Shown: piece after piece, positions 40,507 to 48,660 of the stretch
Numbering within the stretch: position 1 is the first letter of the stretch
How the letters are laid out: each line of letters begins with the position of its first letter
Source of the DNA: an uncultured Fibrobacterota bacterium
Lineage (GTDB): Bacteria > Fibrobacterota > Fibrobacteria > UBA5070
Direction of reading: 5' to 3'
DNA: 48,756 bases
Assembly (NCBI GenBank): GCA_903825275.1
Contig: CAIKAA010000499.1
Location: 1-48,756 of the forward strand
Program-made: the position numbers and the translations under genes
The notes under the pieces: generated by a model
What the model saw: the letters and a program-made list of their open reading frames with translations, nothing else
What the model was told of the DNA's origin: nothing
Databases searched by the model: none

Positions 40507-41709
40507 TCAATCCTCGACACACCGCAGGGAGAACCCAAAAATCTTGTCCTTGTCCATGCGACTCATGTTGGGGTAGTTGGCATCTAAGGACCGCCACCAC
40601 GCGTTCGAAGCGTTCTCGGTGGCCGACCAAAAGTCACCTCCATTGCCAAGGCCACCAAAGGTCTCGGCGTAGCCGCGAAAGCCCCCCGGCAAACCCGTGA
40701 AGCCGTAAAGGTCCAATCCGTTGTCGTTTGGAGACCAACCAGTTTTTGACTTAAGCTGCGCACCCGCATATCCAGGTCCTCCCGTAAAACCCATCAGGGT
40801 CGTCCACTCGGCATCCGAGGGAACGTGCCAACCGAACGGGCAAATTCCTCGCACGCCGCTGGGGTTGCTGGTGCTTGAAGCCGCACCTGCCATGACGGCA
40901 CTCCAGGTGTACAGACGGCCATAGGTGTCACAATTCGCCGAAATGTTCCCATAGCACCAGCCAGAGTCCGCACCGGCACTTTGGTAGTTCAGGTTCTGAG
41001 CCATCCAGGTTTGGGACTGCAGCTTGACATACTTGTAAGGCTGCTTGTCTCGTGAGTCCGTAAAGATGCCGGTCAAGGAAGTGTCGATGGGCGTCACCAT
41101 TCCAGAGGTATCCAAATTTGCCAAGGCAATGCGGGCCACCACCTGCCATCTCCATTGGAACAGCAACGTGTCCACAATCCCCTGCGATCGGGCGGCTATT
41201 GTTTGTTGTAGGGATCGGGCCGATTGTAGGGATCGGGCATGCCCGATCCTTACAACGGTCCCGGCCAAAATCGTTTCCGGCCGCCCGTTCACCGTGACCC
41301 GCAACCATGCCATTTCCGTTCCCGGCAACGCCATTGGAAGGTGGTGCGAACCGGCACCCAAGCGCGCGCTGGGCAGGCGCCCCTGCAGGGAGCCCTTCAG
41401 GTCATACGCCTCCACGGAAACCATCGACGGTTCCCGAAGCGTTAGTTCCACTGCCTTGCCCGTCCAACGGGCTTGCGAGGTCGCGAGGTTTCGTGCGTCA
41501 ATTTCTGTCGTGACCAAGGACCAAGCCCCGGTCGTGTCCGACCTGGTGTTGGTGCCCGCCAGAGCCAACGACACATACACATCCGTTAGACGGTGGCCAG
41601 CCAAATCGGTCACGGTACCGGATACGGCAGCGAAGCAAGGGAGGCTGGACAAGGCCAGTAAGGTGAGAAGGACAAAGGATCGTTTCATGGAAAACCTTGT
41701 GGGATTCAT
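40507..41709 (-). CDS. Secreted protein with a Fibrobacter succinogenes major paralogous (FISUMP) domain
   Basis: The C-terminal 190 aa read 'FTDSRDKQPYKYVKLQSQTWMAQNLNY...CDTYGRLYTWSAVM...ICPFGWHVPSDAEWTTL...LKSKTGW...GLDLYGFTGLPGGFR...GGDFWSATE...AWWRSL...GFSLRCVED', the FISUMP pattern. Signal peptide 'MNPTRFSMKRSFVLLTLLALSSLPCFA/AV', followed by a CarboxypepD_reg-like 'SGTVTDLAGHRLTDVYVSL'. ATG 41709 forms an ATGA overlap with the fliJ stop; ATG 41688 is the alternative start. Confidence 0.85.
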   Translation of the reverse strand: MNPTRFSMKRSFVLLTLLALSSLPCFAAVSGTVTDLAGHRLTDVYVSLALAGTNTRSDTTGAWSLVTTEIDARNLATSQARWTGKAVELTLREPSMVSVEAYDLKGSLQGRLPSARLGAGSHHLPMALPGTEMAWLRVTVNGRPETILAGTVVRIGHARSLQSARSLQQTIAARSQGIVDTLLFQWRWQVVARIALANLDTSGMVTPIDTSLTGIFTDSRDKQPYKYVKLQSQTWMAQNLNYQSAGADSGWCYGNISANCDTYGRLYTWSAVMAGAASSTSNPSGVRGICPFGWHVPSDAEWTTLMGFTGGPGYAGAQLKSKTGWSPNDNGLDLYGFTGLPGGFRGYAETFGGLGNGGDFWSATENASNAWWRSLDANYPNMSRMDKDKIFGFSLRCVED

Positions 41710-42158
41710 TCTGCCCCCGCGTTCAACCGCACCCACCTTTGGGCCGCGACTTCCGAGGTGAAGACCTGCTCCTTGCGGGACAGGTCCAGCCGGTACTGGG
41801 CGTAGCGGCGTTCTCGCAGCTTTTCGAGCACCTGGACGGCCCGGCGGGCCTCGATCAGGGCTGTGCGCGCCTTCTGGGTCGCCAAGGCCGCCTCGATGCA
41901 GGCTTGGCGCTGGGAGGCGATGTTGCGGTTCTGACCCTGGGACCATTCCAGGAACAAGGATTGGCCTTGGGCCCAGATCTCTCCGGATCGCGCCGAGGTT
42001 TGGGCTTGGATTTCGTTCGTGAGGTCTTCTTGCAAGACCACTAGGGCGTCCCGCGCGGCCTGCTCGCGGGCGACCATTTGGCCCAAGAACTTCTTGGCGG
42101 TTTCCTCATCCCGACGACGCAGCCGCAACACTGGCTCGAGCCGGAATTGAAAACTCAT
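41706..42158 (-). CDS. fliJ: Flagellar export chaperone-like protein FliJ
   Basis: 150-aa all-helical protein starting 'MSFQFRLEPVLRLRRRDEETAKKFL', the typical FliJ opening. It sits directly after fliI with an ATGA overlap. Confidence 0.7.
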   Translation of the reverse strand: MSFQFRLEPVLRLRRRDEETAKKFLGQMVAREQAARDALVVLQEDLTNEIQAQTSARSGEIWAQGQSLFLEWSQGQNRNIASQRQACIEAALATQKARTALIEARRAVQVLEKLRERRYAQYRLDLSRKEQVFTSEVAAQRWVRLNAGAE

Positions 42159-43549
42159 TTGCGGGCGCCGGGTGCGGGCATTTTGGCGGCCTGACCCATT
42201 TTAACAAGTTCTGCCCGCGATTCGGCGAAAGGTGTCGATTCTTCGCGGCCTTGGCGCAAAAAGGGCTGCCATTTTTCGCGCAACTTGATGGCCAGATCGA
42301 CCCGTGGATCGGATCCTTTTTGGTAGGCGCCCAGGGTGATCAAGTCTTCGTTCTCGCGGTAGATGGCCATCAGGGCCAACAGCTCCCGCGAGGCCTTGCG
42401 GTGCTCTTCATCGATCACGTCGCCCATGCAACGGCTGATGGATTTCAACACGTCGATGGCGGGAAAGTGGTTTTTGTTGGCCAGGTCTCGCGAGAGCACC
42501 ACGTGGCCGTCCAAGATGGAGCGGATCGCGTCGGCGACCGGTTCTTCCATGTCGTCGCCATCGACCAGCACGGTGTAAAGCCCCGTGATCGAGCCTTTGT
42601 CGGAAGTGCCCGCGCGTTCGAACACCTGAGGCAACAAGGCGAACACCGAAGGGGTGTAGCCTTTGGTGGCCGGGGGTTCGCCAATGGCCAAACCAATTTC
42701 GCGCTGGGCCATGGCCAAGCGGGTCGAGCTGTCCATCATCAACAACACGTCGCGACCTTCGTCGCGAAAGCTTTCGGCGATGGCGGTGGCGGTGAAGGCG
42801 GCCTTGACACGAGCCACGGCGGGCTGGTCGGACGTCGCGCAAACCACCACTGATCTGGCCAAGCCTTCGGGGCCCAGATCGCGTTCCAAGAATTCCCGGA
42901 CTTCGCGGCCGCGTTCGCCAATCAGGCAAACCACGTTGACTTCGGCTTCGCAGCGCTTGGCCAGCATTCCCAACAGAACCGATTTGCCAACGCCCGATCC
43001 GGCGAAAATCCCCAAACGCTGGCCGCGGGCCAACGTCAAAAATCCGTCCAGGGCGCGCACTCCGGTGCCCATGGGTTTGTGGATGCGCATCCGTGTGAGC
43101 GGATGCGGTGCGGCACCCGTCACCGGCCTTCGGTGTCCACCCAAGGGGCCTTTGCCATCCAGGGGGTTTCCCAGACCATCCAAAATTCGTCCGATCAAAT
43201 TGGGTCCGGTGGGAGTCATCAGCGGCTTTCCCGTGGCAACCACTTCCAAGCCCGGTCGAATCCCTTCCATTCCTCCCAAAGGCATCAACAGCGTGGTTCC
43301 TTCTCGGAATCCCACCACTTCGGCCATGCCAAACAGCGCGTCTCCGGCGGCCAAGGCGCACAGTTCGCCGATTCCCGCGGCGGGTCCCGACGATTCCACC
43401 AACAGACCCACCACCCGCGTGATGCGTCCGCGGACTTCCACTGGATCGCAATCCGCGATGGTGCGCAGCCAGGTGGAGGTGCGGTCAGGCGGGAAGGTGA
43501 CCACGCGGGCGCTCCTCTTCCAGCGCCTGGGCCAAAGCTCGTTCGACAT
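42155..43549 (-). CDS. fliI: Flagellum-specific ATPase FliI
   Basis: Walker A 'GIFAGSGVGKSVLLGMLAK', Walker B 'VLLMMDSSTRLAMAQREI', 'PPATKGYTPSVFALLPQVFERAG'. The start is uncertain: ATG 43549 overlaps fliH by 65 nt, and GTG 43504 is an alternative. Confidence 0.95.
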   Translation of the reverse strand: MSNELWPRRWKRSARVVTFPPDRTSTWLRTIADCDPVEVRGRITRVVGLLVESSGPAAGIGELCALAAGDALFGMAEVVGFREGTTLLMPLGGMEGIRPGLEVVATGKPLMTPTGPNLIGRILDGLGNPLDGKGPLGGHRRPVTGAAPHPLTRMRIHKPMGTGVRALDGFLTLARGQRLGIFAGSGVGKSVLLGMLAKRCEAEVNVVCLIGERGREVREFLERDLGPEGLARSVVVCATSDQPAVARVKAAFTATAIAESFRDEGRDVLLMMDSSTRLAMAQREIGLAIGEPPATKGYTPSVFALLPQVFERAGTSDKGSITGLYTVLVDGDDMEEPVADAIRSILDGHVVLSRDLANKNHFPAIDVLKSISRCMGDVIDEEHRKASRELLALMAIYRENEDLITLGAYQKGSDPRVDLAIKLREKWQPFLRQGREESTPFAESRAELVKMGQAAKMPAPGARK

Positions 43550-44270
43550 TTTCTGTCAAGCGCGGAATGCGGGCATCGATGGTTCCGGTGTCGGTCTCGA
43601 TCACGATGCCCCCACGGCCAACCGATTCATCGGGTTCGATCACGACCTTGCGGGCGCCTCCACGGCCTCCCCACAATTCCTTCTCGACTTCCAGGGAAGT
43701 GAGATCTTGGGGATGGCAGCGCAAGATCACGCGCGCTTCCGAGCCGAGCTTGCGCAAGGCCATGCGGGCGACATGCATGGATGCCTCGCCGGGAATTTCG
43801 CAGGCTTTGCCCACGATCCGCCGCGAGATGGCCATGGCCAGCTCCATCAAGCGCGATTCCCAATCCAGATAGACCTGTTCCAAAGACCGCTCGATGGCTT
43901 CCAGGCGCGAGCGAATCGAGGCTTCGACCTCGCCGAGCTTTCGTTCGGCTTGGGCCTGGGCGATGGCTCGGCCCGAGGTTTCTCCGGCGGTTGTCCCGTC
44001 CTTCAGACCCTTCTGGTAGGCCTCGTCGCGCCCGACGACCAATTGCCGTTCGTACTCTTCCTTGCGCGACTTGAGTTCGGCTTGGGCGGTCGCCAAACGG
44101 GTTTCCAAATCGTTGATCTTGGCTTGTTTGGGATCGCCCCCGCGCGAGGTAGGCAAGGTGATCAGATCGAAAGCGCTTCCCGCCAGGTCGTCGAAGGAAA
44201 GGGCCTTGACCGAGGACGTTCCGCCTCGGACAATTCCTGACACCTGGGTGGGGCGTTCGGACGGGTCCAT
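43485..44270 (-). CDS. fliH: Flagellar assembly protein FliH
   Basis: Positioned between fliG and fliI. It has a central charged coiled coil ('AQAELKSRKEEYERQL...AQAQAERKLGEVEASIRSRLEAIERSLEQ') and a C-terminal 'VVIEPDESVGRGGIVIETDTGTIDARIPRLTENVERAL', typical of FliH. Confidence 0.75.
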   Translation of the reverse strand: MDPSERPTQVSGIVRGGTSSVKALSFDDLAGSAFDLITLPTSRGGDPKQAKINDLETRLATAQAELKSRKEEYERQLVVGRDEAYQKGLKDGTTAGETSGRAIAQAQAERKLGEVEASIRSRLEAIERSLEQVYLDWESRLMELAMAISRRIVGKACEIPGEASMHVARMALRKLGSEARVILRCHPQDLTSLEVEKELWGGRGGARKVVIEPDESVGRGGIVIETDTGTIDARIPRLTENVERALAQALEEERPRGHLPA

Positions 44271-44273
44271 CGG

Positions 44274-45347
44274 TTAGACCACGATCTCGTCGCCGCCGCC
44301 GCGACCGGAAATGACGACTTCGCCCGCGTCTTCCAGACGGCGCACGCTGTCGACGATCTTCTGCTGGGCTTCTTCCACGTCGCGCAGTTTCACGGGTCCC
44401 ATGAACTGGATTTCTTCCGAAATCATTTCCGCGGCGCGCTTGGACATGTTGCGCAGGAACTTGTCGCGGGTGTCGTTGCCCGCGCTCTTGAGCGCCAGCG
44501 CCAGCACCTTGGAATCGACTTCCTTGAGCACGCGCTGCATCGAGCGGTCGTCGAGCATGATGATGTCGTCGAAGACGAACATGAGGTTCTTGATCTCGGT
44601 GGCCAGTTCCGGATTTTCGCGCTCCAAATGGCCCATCACGTTCTTTTCGGTGGCGCGATCGGCCATGTTCAACAGTTCGGCCAAGCTCTTCACGCCGCCC
44701 ACTTCCGAAGTGTCGCCGCCCACCAAGTCCTTCATTTCCGCCGCCAACACCTGTTCGATGTTTTCCAGCACGTCGGGCGTGATCGATTCCATGGTGGCGA
44801 TCCGCTGCGAGACGTCGAACTGCAGGTCTTGGGGAAGCGCACCCAACAACCGGGCCGCCATCGCCTTGTCCATGTGCGCCAAAATCAGCGCGATGGTTTG
44901 GGGATGTTCCTTTTGGATAAAGTTGACCAGCTGGTTGGCGTCGATGTCCGACAACATGTGGAAACCCGTGGTCCGAATCGCCTTGGTGATCTTGGCCAGG
45001 ATTTCTTGGGCGCGGGCCGGTCCGTAGGTGGTTTCCAAAAGGTCTTTGGCGTAATCCAGGCCACCTTGGGAAACGTATTGCTGGGCCAGTCCCATGGTGT
45101 GGAACTCTTGGAGGGCCGCCTCGCGCATTTCCTGCGTGACGCCTTCCAATCGCGCGATTTCCTTGGTCAGGGTTTCCACCTCGGCCTCGGCAAGTCCCTT
45201 CAAGATTTCCGCTGAAGCTTCGCGCCCCAAGGCCACCATCACAATGGCGGCTTTTTTGGGACCGGGAATGTCGTAGATCGCGTCGGGGCCCCCCAGTTTG
45301 AGGCCTTTCTTGCGATCCGCTTCCTTGTAGAACTGCTTGGCTGCCAT
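44274..45347 (-). CDS. fliG: Flagellar motor switch protein FliG
   Basis: 'KKAAIVMVALGREASAEILKGL', 'EIARLEGVTQEM', 'MLSDIDANQLVNFIQKEHPQTIALILAHM', 'NLMFVFDDIIMLDDRSMQRVLKEVD', 'ALALKSAGNDTRDKFLRNMSKRAAEMISEEI'. Confidence 0.9.
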   Translation of the reverse strand: MAAKQFYKEADRKKGLKLGGPDAIYDIPGPKKAAIVMVALGREASAEILKGLAEAEVETLTKEIARLEGVTQEMREAALQEFHTMGLAQQYVSQGGLDYAKDLLETTYGPARAQEILAKITKAIRTTGFHMLSDIDANQLVNFIQKEHPQTIALILAHMDKAMAARLLGALPQDLQFDVSQRIATMESITPDVLENIEQVLAAEMKDLVGGDTSEVGGVKSLAELLNMADRATEKNVMGHLERENPELATEIKNLMFVFDDIIMLDDRSMQRVLKEVDSKVLALALKSAGNDTRDKFLRNMSKRAAEMISEEIQFMGPVKLRDVEEAQQKIVDSVRRLEDAGEVVISGRGGGDEIVV

Positions 45348-45350
45348 CGA

Positions 45351-46943
45351 TCAGCGCCCCTTCTTCTCGTTGGTGAGCCCTTCTTGCAGCCAGTTTCTGA
45401 CCAACTTGGCGAATCCGCCAGGCTCGGCCTTGGTCATGTATTCGAGCTTGGAAAGCAGTTCGTTGACGCGCATGGCCTCCGTGTAGACCTGGTCTTCCTG
45501 CTCTTCGTCGGTCATTTCCTGAGGAATCACCTCGGCATAAGCGGGCTGCGGCGGCGTCATGGTCTCTTGGAGGAGTCGGATCAACGAGCGCAACAAGAGC
45601 AGGCCGGCAATGATCACGAGTCCCATGATGCCCCAACGGATCCAGTTGTTCCAGGGCAGTGGCTTGCGGCTCATTTCCTCCAGCGCCAGCGAAACCACGG
45701 GGTTCTCGAACTTGACGCAAGTCACGAAGACGTTGTCGGCTCCCGGTTGGGCGCCCACCGCGTTGCGGACAAGTTCTGTCAACTGGGAGACCTCTTCGGC
45801 GCTGCGCGCCCTCCAAACCTGGGTGGGCGTTGCCTTGGAATCTTTCGTTGCCGAGGTGTCTTTCACTTCCTCCCAGCGACCATCGACGGCCACGCTGACC
45901 GTCACGCGTTTGCGCATCGATCCGGGGGCGCTGACGGATTTGACCACGGTGCGATCGATTTCGTAGTTGGCGGTTCGGGTATCGCGGGAAACAGTCCCTT
46001 CGGACGGGGAATTTTCCTTGGCTTCTTCTTCGGTCTGTTCCGACCGGACCACCTTGGATTGGGGATTGAAACTTTCGGCGGTCTTCTCGGTCTGGTCGAA
46101 ATCGATGTCGGCCGAGACTTGGACCCGGTGGTTTCCCGAGCCCACGACCCCGTCCAAGATTTCGGAAACCTTGTTCTGCAATTGGACTTCCACTTGGGCG
46201 CGGATCTCGTTGTTGGCTTCGCTGACCGCCGAGGGGCCATCGCCTCCGCCGCGGTTCAAGACCCGTCCATCGCTGTCGAGGATCGTGACATTGGATGGTT
46301 TCAAGCCCTCGACCGAGCTCGCGATCAACTGGGCGATTCCCTTCACCGACTTGCGGTCCAGATCCTGGCCCGGCTTCATCTTGATGACCACCGACGCGGT
46401 GGGAGGCTGGTCTTTTTCCGTGAACAAGGATGGCTTGGGGATGGAAATCAAAACCCGGGCGTTCTCGACTTGGCCCAATCCCGAAATGGTGCGGGCGATC
46501 TCGCCTTCCAGGGCGCGCCGGTAATTGATATTTTGGACAAAATCTGTCAGTCCAAGTTGGGTCTTGTCGAAAATTTCCCACCCGACAAATCCGGATCGAG
46601 GCAGGCCTTGGGCGGCCAAGGTCAGGCGTTGCTCGTCGAGCTTTTCCTTCTTCACCAAGATGTCGCGGCCGTTGTTGTCCAGTTTGTACTCGACCTTGGA
46701 AGCCTTGAGTCCTTCGACAATCTGGGAAGCTTCGGGGGCATCGAGATTGCGAAACAGGGTTCCGTAACCCGATTTGGATTCGGATTCCTCGACCTGCTTG
46801 GTGACGCCAGGCCAGACGATCAAGCCGACCAGGCCCAAAAAGGCCAGGATGGCAGAAGCTCCCAAGACCAGCTTCTGGCCTCGGTCCAGCTTTCTCCAGA
46901 CTTCGGAAAGTCGCACCAAAAATTGACGGAGGTAGTCGAACAT
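45351..46943 (-). CDS. fliF: Flagellar M-ring protein FliF
   Basis: N-terminal 'WRKLDRGQKLVLGASAILAFLGLVGLIVW' (TM1), 'RLTLAAQGLPRSGFVGWEIFDKTQLGLTDFVQNINYRRALEGEIARTI', a C-terminal TM 'WIRWGIMGLVIIAGLLLL', and an acidic tail. Confidence 0.9.
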   Translation of the reverse strand: MFDYLRQFLVRLSEVWRKLDRGQKLVLGASAILAFLGLVGLIVWPGVTKQVEESESKSGYGTLFRNLDAPEASQIVEGLKASKVEYKLDNNGRDILVKKEKLDEQRLTLAAQGLPRSGFVGWEIFDKTQLGLTDFVQNINYRRALEGEIARTISGLGQVENARVLISIPKPSLFTEKDQPPTASVVIKMKPGQDLDRKSVKGIAQLIASSVEGLKPSNVTILDSDGRVLNRGGGDGPSAVSEANNEIRAQVEVQLQNKVSEILDGVVGSGNHRVQVSADIDFDQTEKTAESFNPQSKVVRSEQTEEEAKENSPSEGTVSRDTRTANYEIDRTVVKSVSAPGSMRKRVTVSVAVDGRWEEVKDTSATKDSKATPTQVWRARSAEEVSQLTELVRNAVGAQPGADNVFVTCVKFENPVVSLALEEMSRKPLPWNNWIRWGIMGLVIIAGLLLLRSLIRLLQETMTPPQPAYAEVIPQEMTDEEQEDQVYTEAMRVNELLSKLEYMTKAEPGGFAKLVRNWLQEGLTNEKKGR

Positions 46944-46949
46944 GGCTTA

Positions 46950-47261
46950 CTAGACCTGCATGCGCATGAGTTCCTGATAGGCGTCGAGAGTCTTGGAGCG
47001 AATCTCGAGCATCAGGTTGAAGCTGGTCTTGGCCTCAGAAACGGCGGCCATGACCTGGTGGACATCCTTGATTTCGCCGGAAACGAATTTTTCGATCGAG
47101 GCGTCGGCCTCGTTTTGCATCGAATTGACATCGCCCAAAAACCCTTTGAGCGTGTCTTCGAAGGAAGGCGCTTTGGGGTCGTGGACCTGGAGCGGGCTCC
47201 CCAAAGTTGCCGGTGCCCCGACAGGAGAGAGACCGGGATTGATTTTTTGGATGGGATCCAC
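46950..47261 (-). CDS. fliE: Flagellar hook-basal body protein FliE
   Basis: 'SFEDTLKGFLGDVNSMQNEADASIEKFVSGEIKDVHQVMAAVSEAKTSFNLMLEIRSKTLDAYQELMRMQV' is the FliE pattern. GTG start with AGGAGG 7 nt upstream. Confidence 0.88.
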   Translation of the reverse strand: MDPIQKINPGLSPVGAPATLGSPLQVHDPKAPSFEDTLKGFLGDVNSMQNEADASIEKFVSGEIKDVHQVMAAVSEAKTSFNLMLEIRSKTLDAYQELMRMQV

Positions 47262-47281
47262 TGGATTTCCTCCTATTCGGT

Positions 47282-47482
47282 TCAGGCGATAAAATCGACG
47301 AAACGGCCCTTCACGGGTCCCTTGACAGATTGGGCTGCGACTACAGGATCCACTGGGCGAGGGGTGCTTGTCAAGGGTTTGTTCGCGACAGGACTTGTCC
47401 TAGCCGGACTCAACCTCTGGACAGCGGCTTCGCGGGTGGCGAAAAACGCATCGTAGCGGGCGGTGGAGGCGATCGCGTTCAT
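47282..47482 (-). CDS. Hypothetical 66-aa ORF filling the flgC-fliE gap
   Basis: Its ATG is 4 nt after the flgC stop with GGAG 10 nt upstream. Its stop is 20 nt before the fliE start. The sequence is Pro/Ala/Thr-rich with no recognisable motif, so it could also be a non-coding spacer. Confidence 0.35.
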   Translation of the reverse strand: MNAIASTARYDAFFATREAAVQRLSPARTSPVANKPLTSTPRPVDPVVAAQSVKGPVKGRFVDFIA

Positions 47483-47486
47483 GGAC

Positions 47487-47993
47487 TTAGATCTCCAATG
47501 CTTTGGTCAGCATCGATTTGGCCGAGCCCATGGCGGTCGTGTTGGCTTCGTAGGCACGGGTGGTCGAGATGAGGTCGACCATTTCCTGGACCACGTTGAT
47601 GTTGGGGTAGGCCACGTACCCATCGCTGTTGGCGTCGGGGTGGCTTGGGTCGTAGACGAGTTTGGGAGGCGTCTCGTCCTGGGCGATTCGGTCGACCGTG
47701 ACGCCCGACCCGACCTTGTCGTTTTGGACCTGAAACAGGTCCGAAGGGATGGGCAGGTGGTGGGCGTTGGTGGTGGCCCCGAGCATCGAGGCATCTTTGA
47801 TCACCAACCGGGGGTTGACCTCGGTCGAGTCGGCGCGCAAGACGGCGGTCTGGCGCTTGTAGGGGCCGCCTTCGGCGGTGCGGGTGGTCTCGGCGTTGGC
47901 GATGTTGGAGGCGATCAGGTTTTGGCGCACCCGCATGGCGCGCAAGCCGCTTGCCGAGATGTTCAGGCCGGTGAAAAGTTGGACCATGGACAT
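47487..47993 (-). CDS. flgC: Flagellar basal-body rod protein FlgC
   Basis: 'LNISASGLRAMRVRQNLIASNIANAETTRT' and the C-terminal 'GYVAYPNINVVQEMVDLISTTRAYEANTTAMGSAKSMLTKALEI'. Confidence 0.93.
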   Translation of the reverse strand: MSMVQLFTGLNISASGLRAMRVRQNLIASNIANAETTRTAEGGPYKRQTAVLRADSTEVNPRLVIKDASMLGATTNAHHLPIPSDLFQVQNDKVGSGVTVDRIAQDETPPKLVYDPSHPDANSDGYVAYPNINVVQEMVDLISTTRAYEANTTAMGSAKSMLTKALEI

Positions 47994-47995
47994 GG

Positions 47996-48478
47996 TTAGC
48001 CTTTCCCGGCGATGGCGGCGCGGAGGGTGCCGGTGCGTTCAGTCAGGAACTTCACGCCAGCGTTGAACAAGATTTGGTTTTCCGCCAGTTTGGCCATTTC
48101 CATGTCGATGTCCACGTTGTTGATCTGCCCTGGCTGAGTGGGCTCGTTGGGGCGATAGGCTTGGGGCTGGATGTGGTCCATGGTGGGGCGCCCAATCGAC
48201 ATGTGGTTGGCGTTGGTTTGGGCTCCCAGAAGCTGCTGGGGGTTCAGAGCCTTGCGCAATTCGCTCTCGAACGAGACTTCGATCCGTTTGTATCCAGGCG
48301 TGTTCACGTTGGCGATGTTGTTGGCGATGGCCTTCTGGCGAAGGGCCGAGGCGTCCAGCGAAAGCCTGACGGCTGGCTCGGAAGTGTTTCTGGAGATGGC
48401 TTTGTCGAAAATCACAATGGTCCAATAAAGCAAGGCGCGGGCCAAACACCAGACTGGCCTCTTGTCCCCAGCCATCAC
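47996..48478 (-). CDS. flgB: Flagellar basal-body rod protein FlgB
   Basis: 'LDASALRQKAIANNIANVNTPGYKRIEVSFESEL' and 'VDIDMEMAKLAENQILFNAGVKFL'. The start is uncertain: the longest frame starts at GTG 48478 or ATG 48475. GTG 48415 (MIFDKAIS...) would give a more typical protein of about 139 aa. Confidence 0.9.
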   Translation of the reverse strand: MMAGDKRPVWCLARALLYWTIVIFDKAISRNTSEPAVRLSLDASALRQKAIANNIANVNTPGYKRIEVSFESELRKALNPQQLLGAQTNANHMSIGRPTMDHIQPQAYRPNEPTQPGQINNVDIDMEMAKLAENQILFNAGVKFLTERTGTLRAAIAGKG

Positions 48479-48660
48479 AATCTGAAAAGGGGGCAGAAAG
48501 TGCCGTTCTGGAAAGGGGAGGGAAGAATCTTCCCGATGGAAACTCTAGGTCTCGCGGCAGATCTAGAAAAGCCTAGGGCAGAAGTGGCGACGATTCCGTA
48601 AAAGGAAGGCCAACGAGATCGCCTGATCCTGGGCAATTCTCAACTACCATTTCGGATTCC

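Noticed and set aside
43627-46581. 984-aa minus-strand ORF overlapping fliH, fliG and fliF in another frame. Similar shadow ORFs cover fliI (42408..43451 -, 42663..44240 +) and the MoxR/DUF58 genes (20387..21391 -, 20740..21960 -).
   Set aside because: Extreme Arg/Gly/Pro composition and no motifs. The overlapped frames encode unmistakable FliF/FliG/FliH/FliI/MoxR/DUF58 sequences.
48492-48505. Sigma-54 promoter for flgB (minus strand reads CGGCAC-TTTC-TGCC).
   Set aside because: The GG-to-GC spacing is 2 nt shorter than the canonical TGGCAC-N5-TTGC, and the first T is missing.
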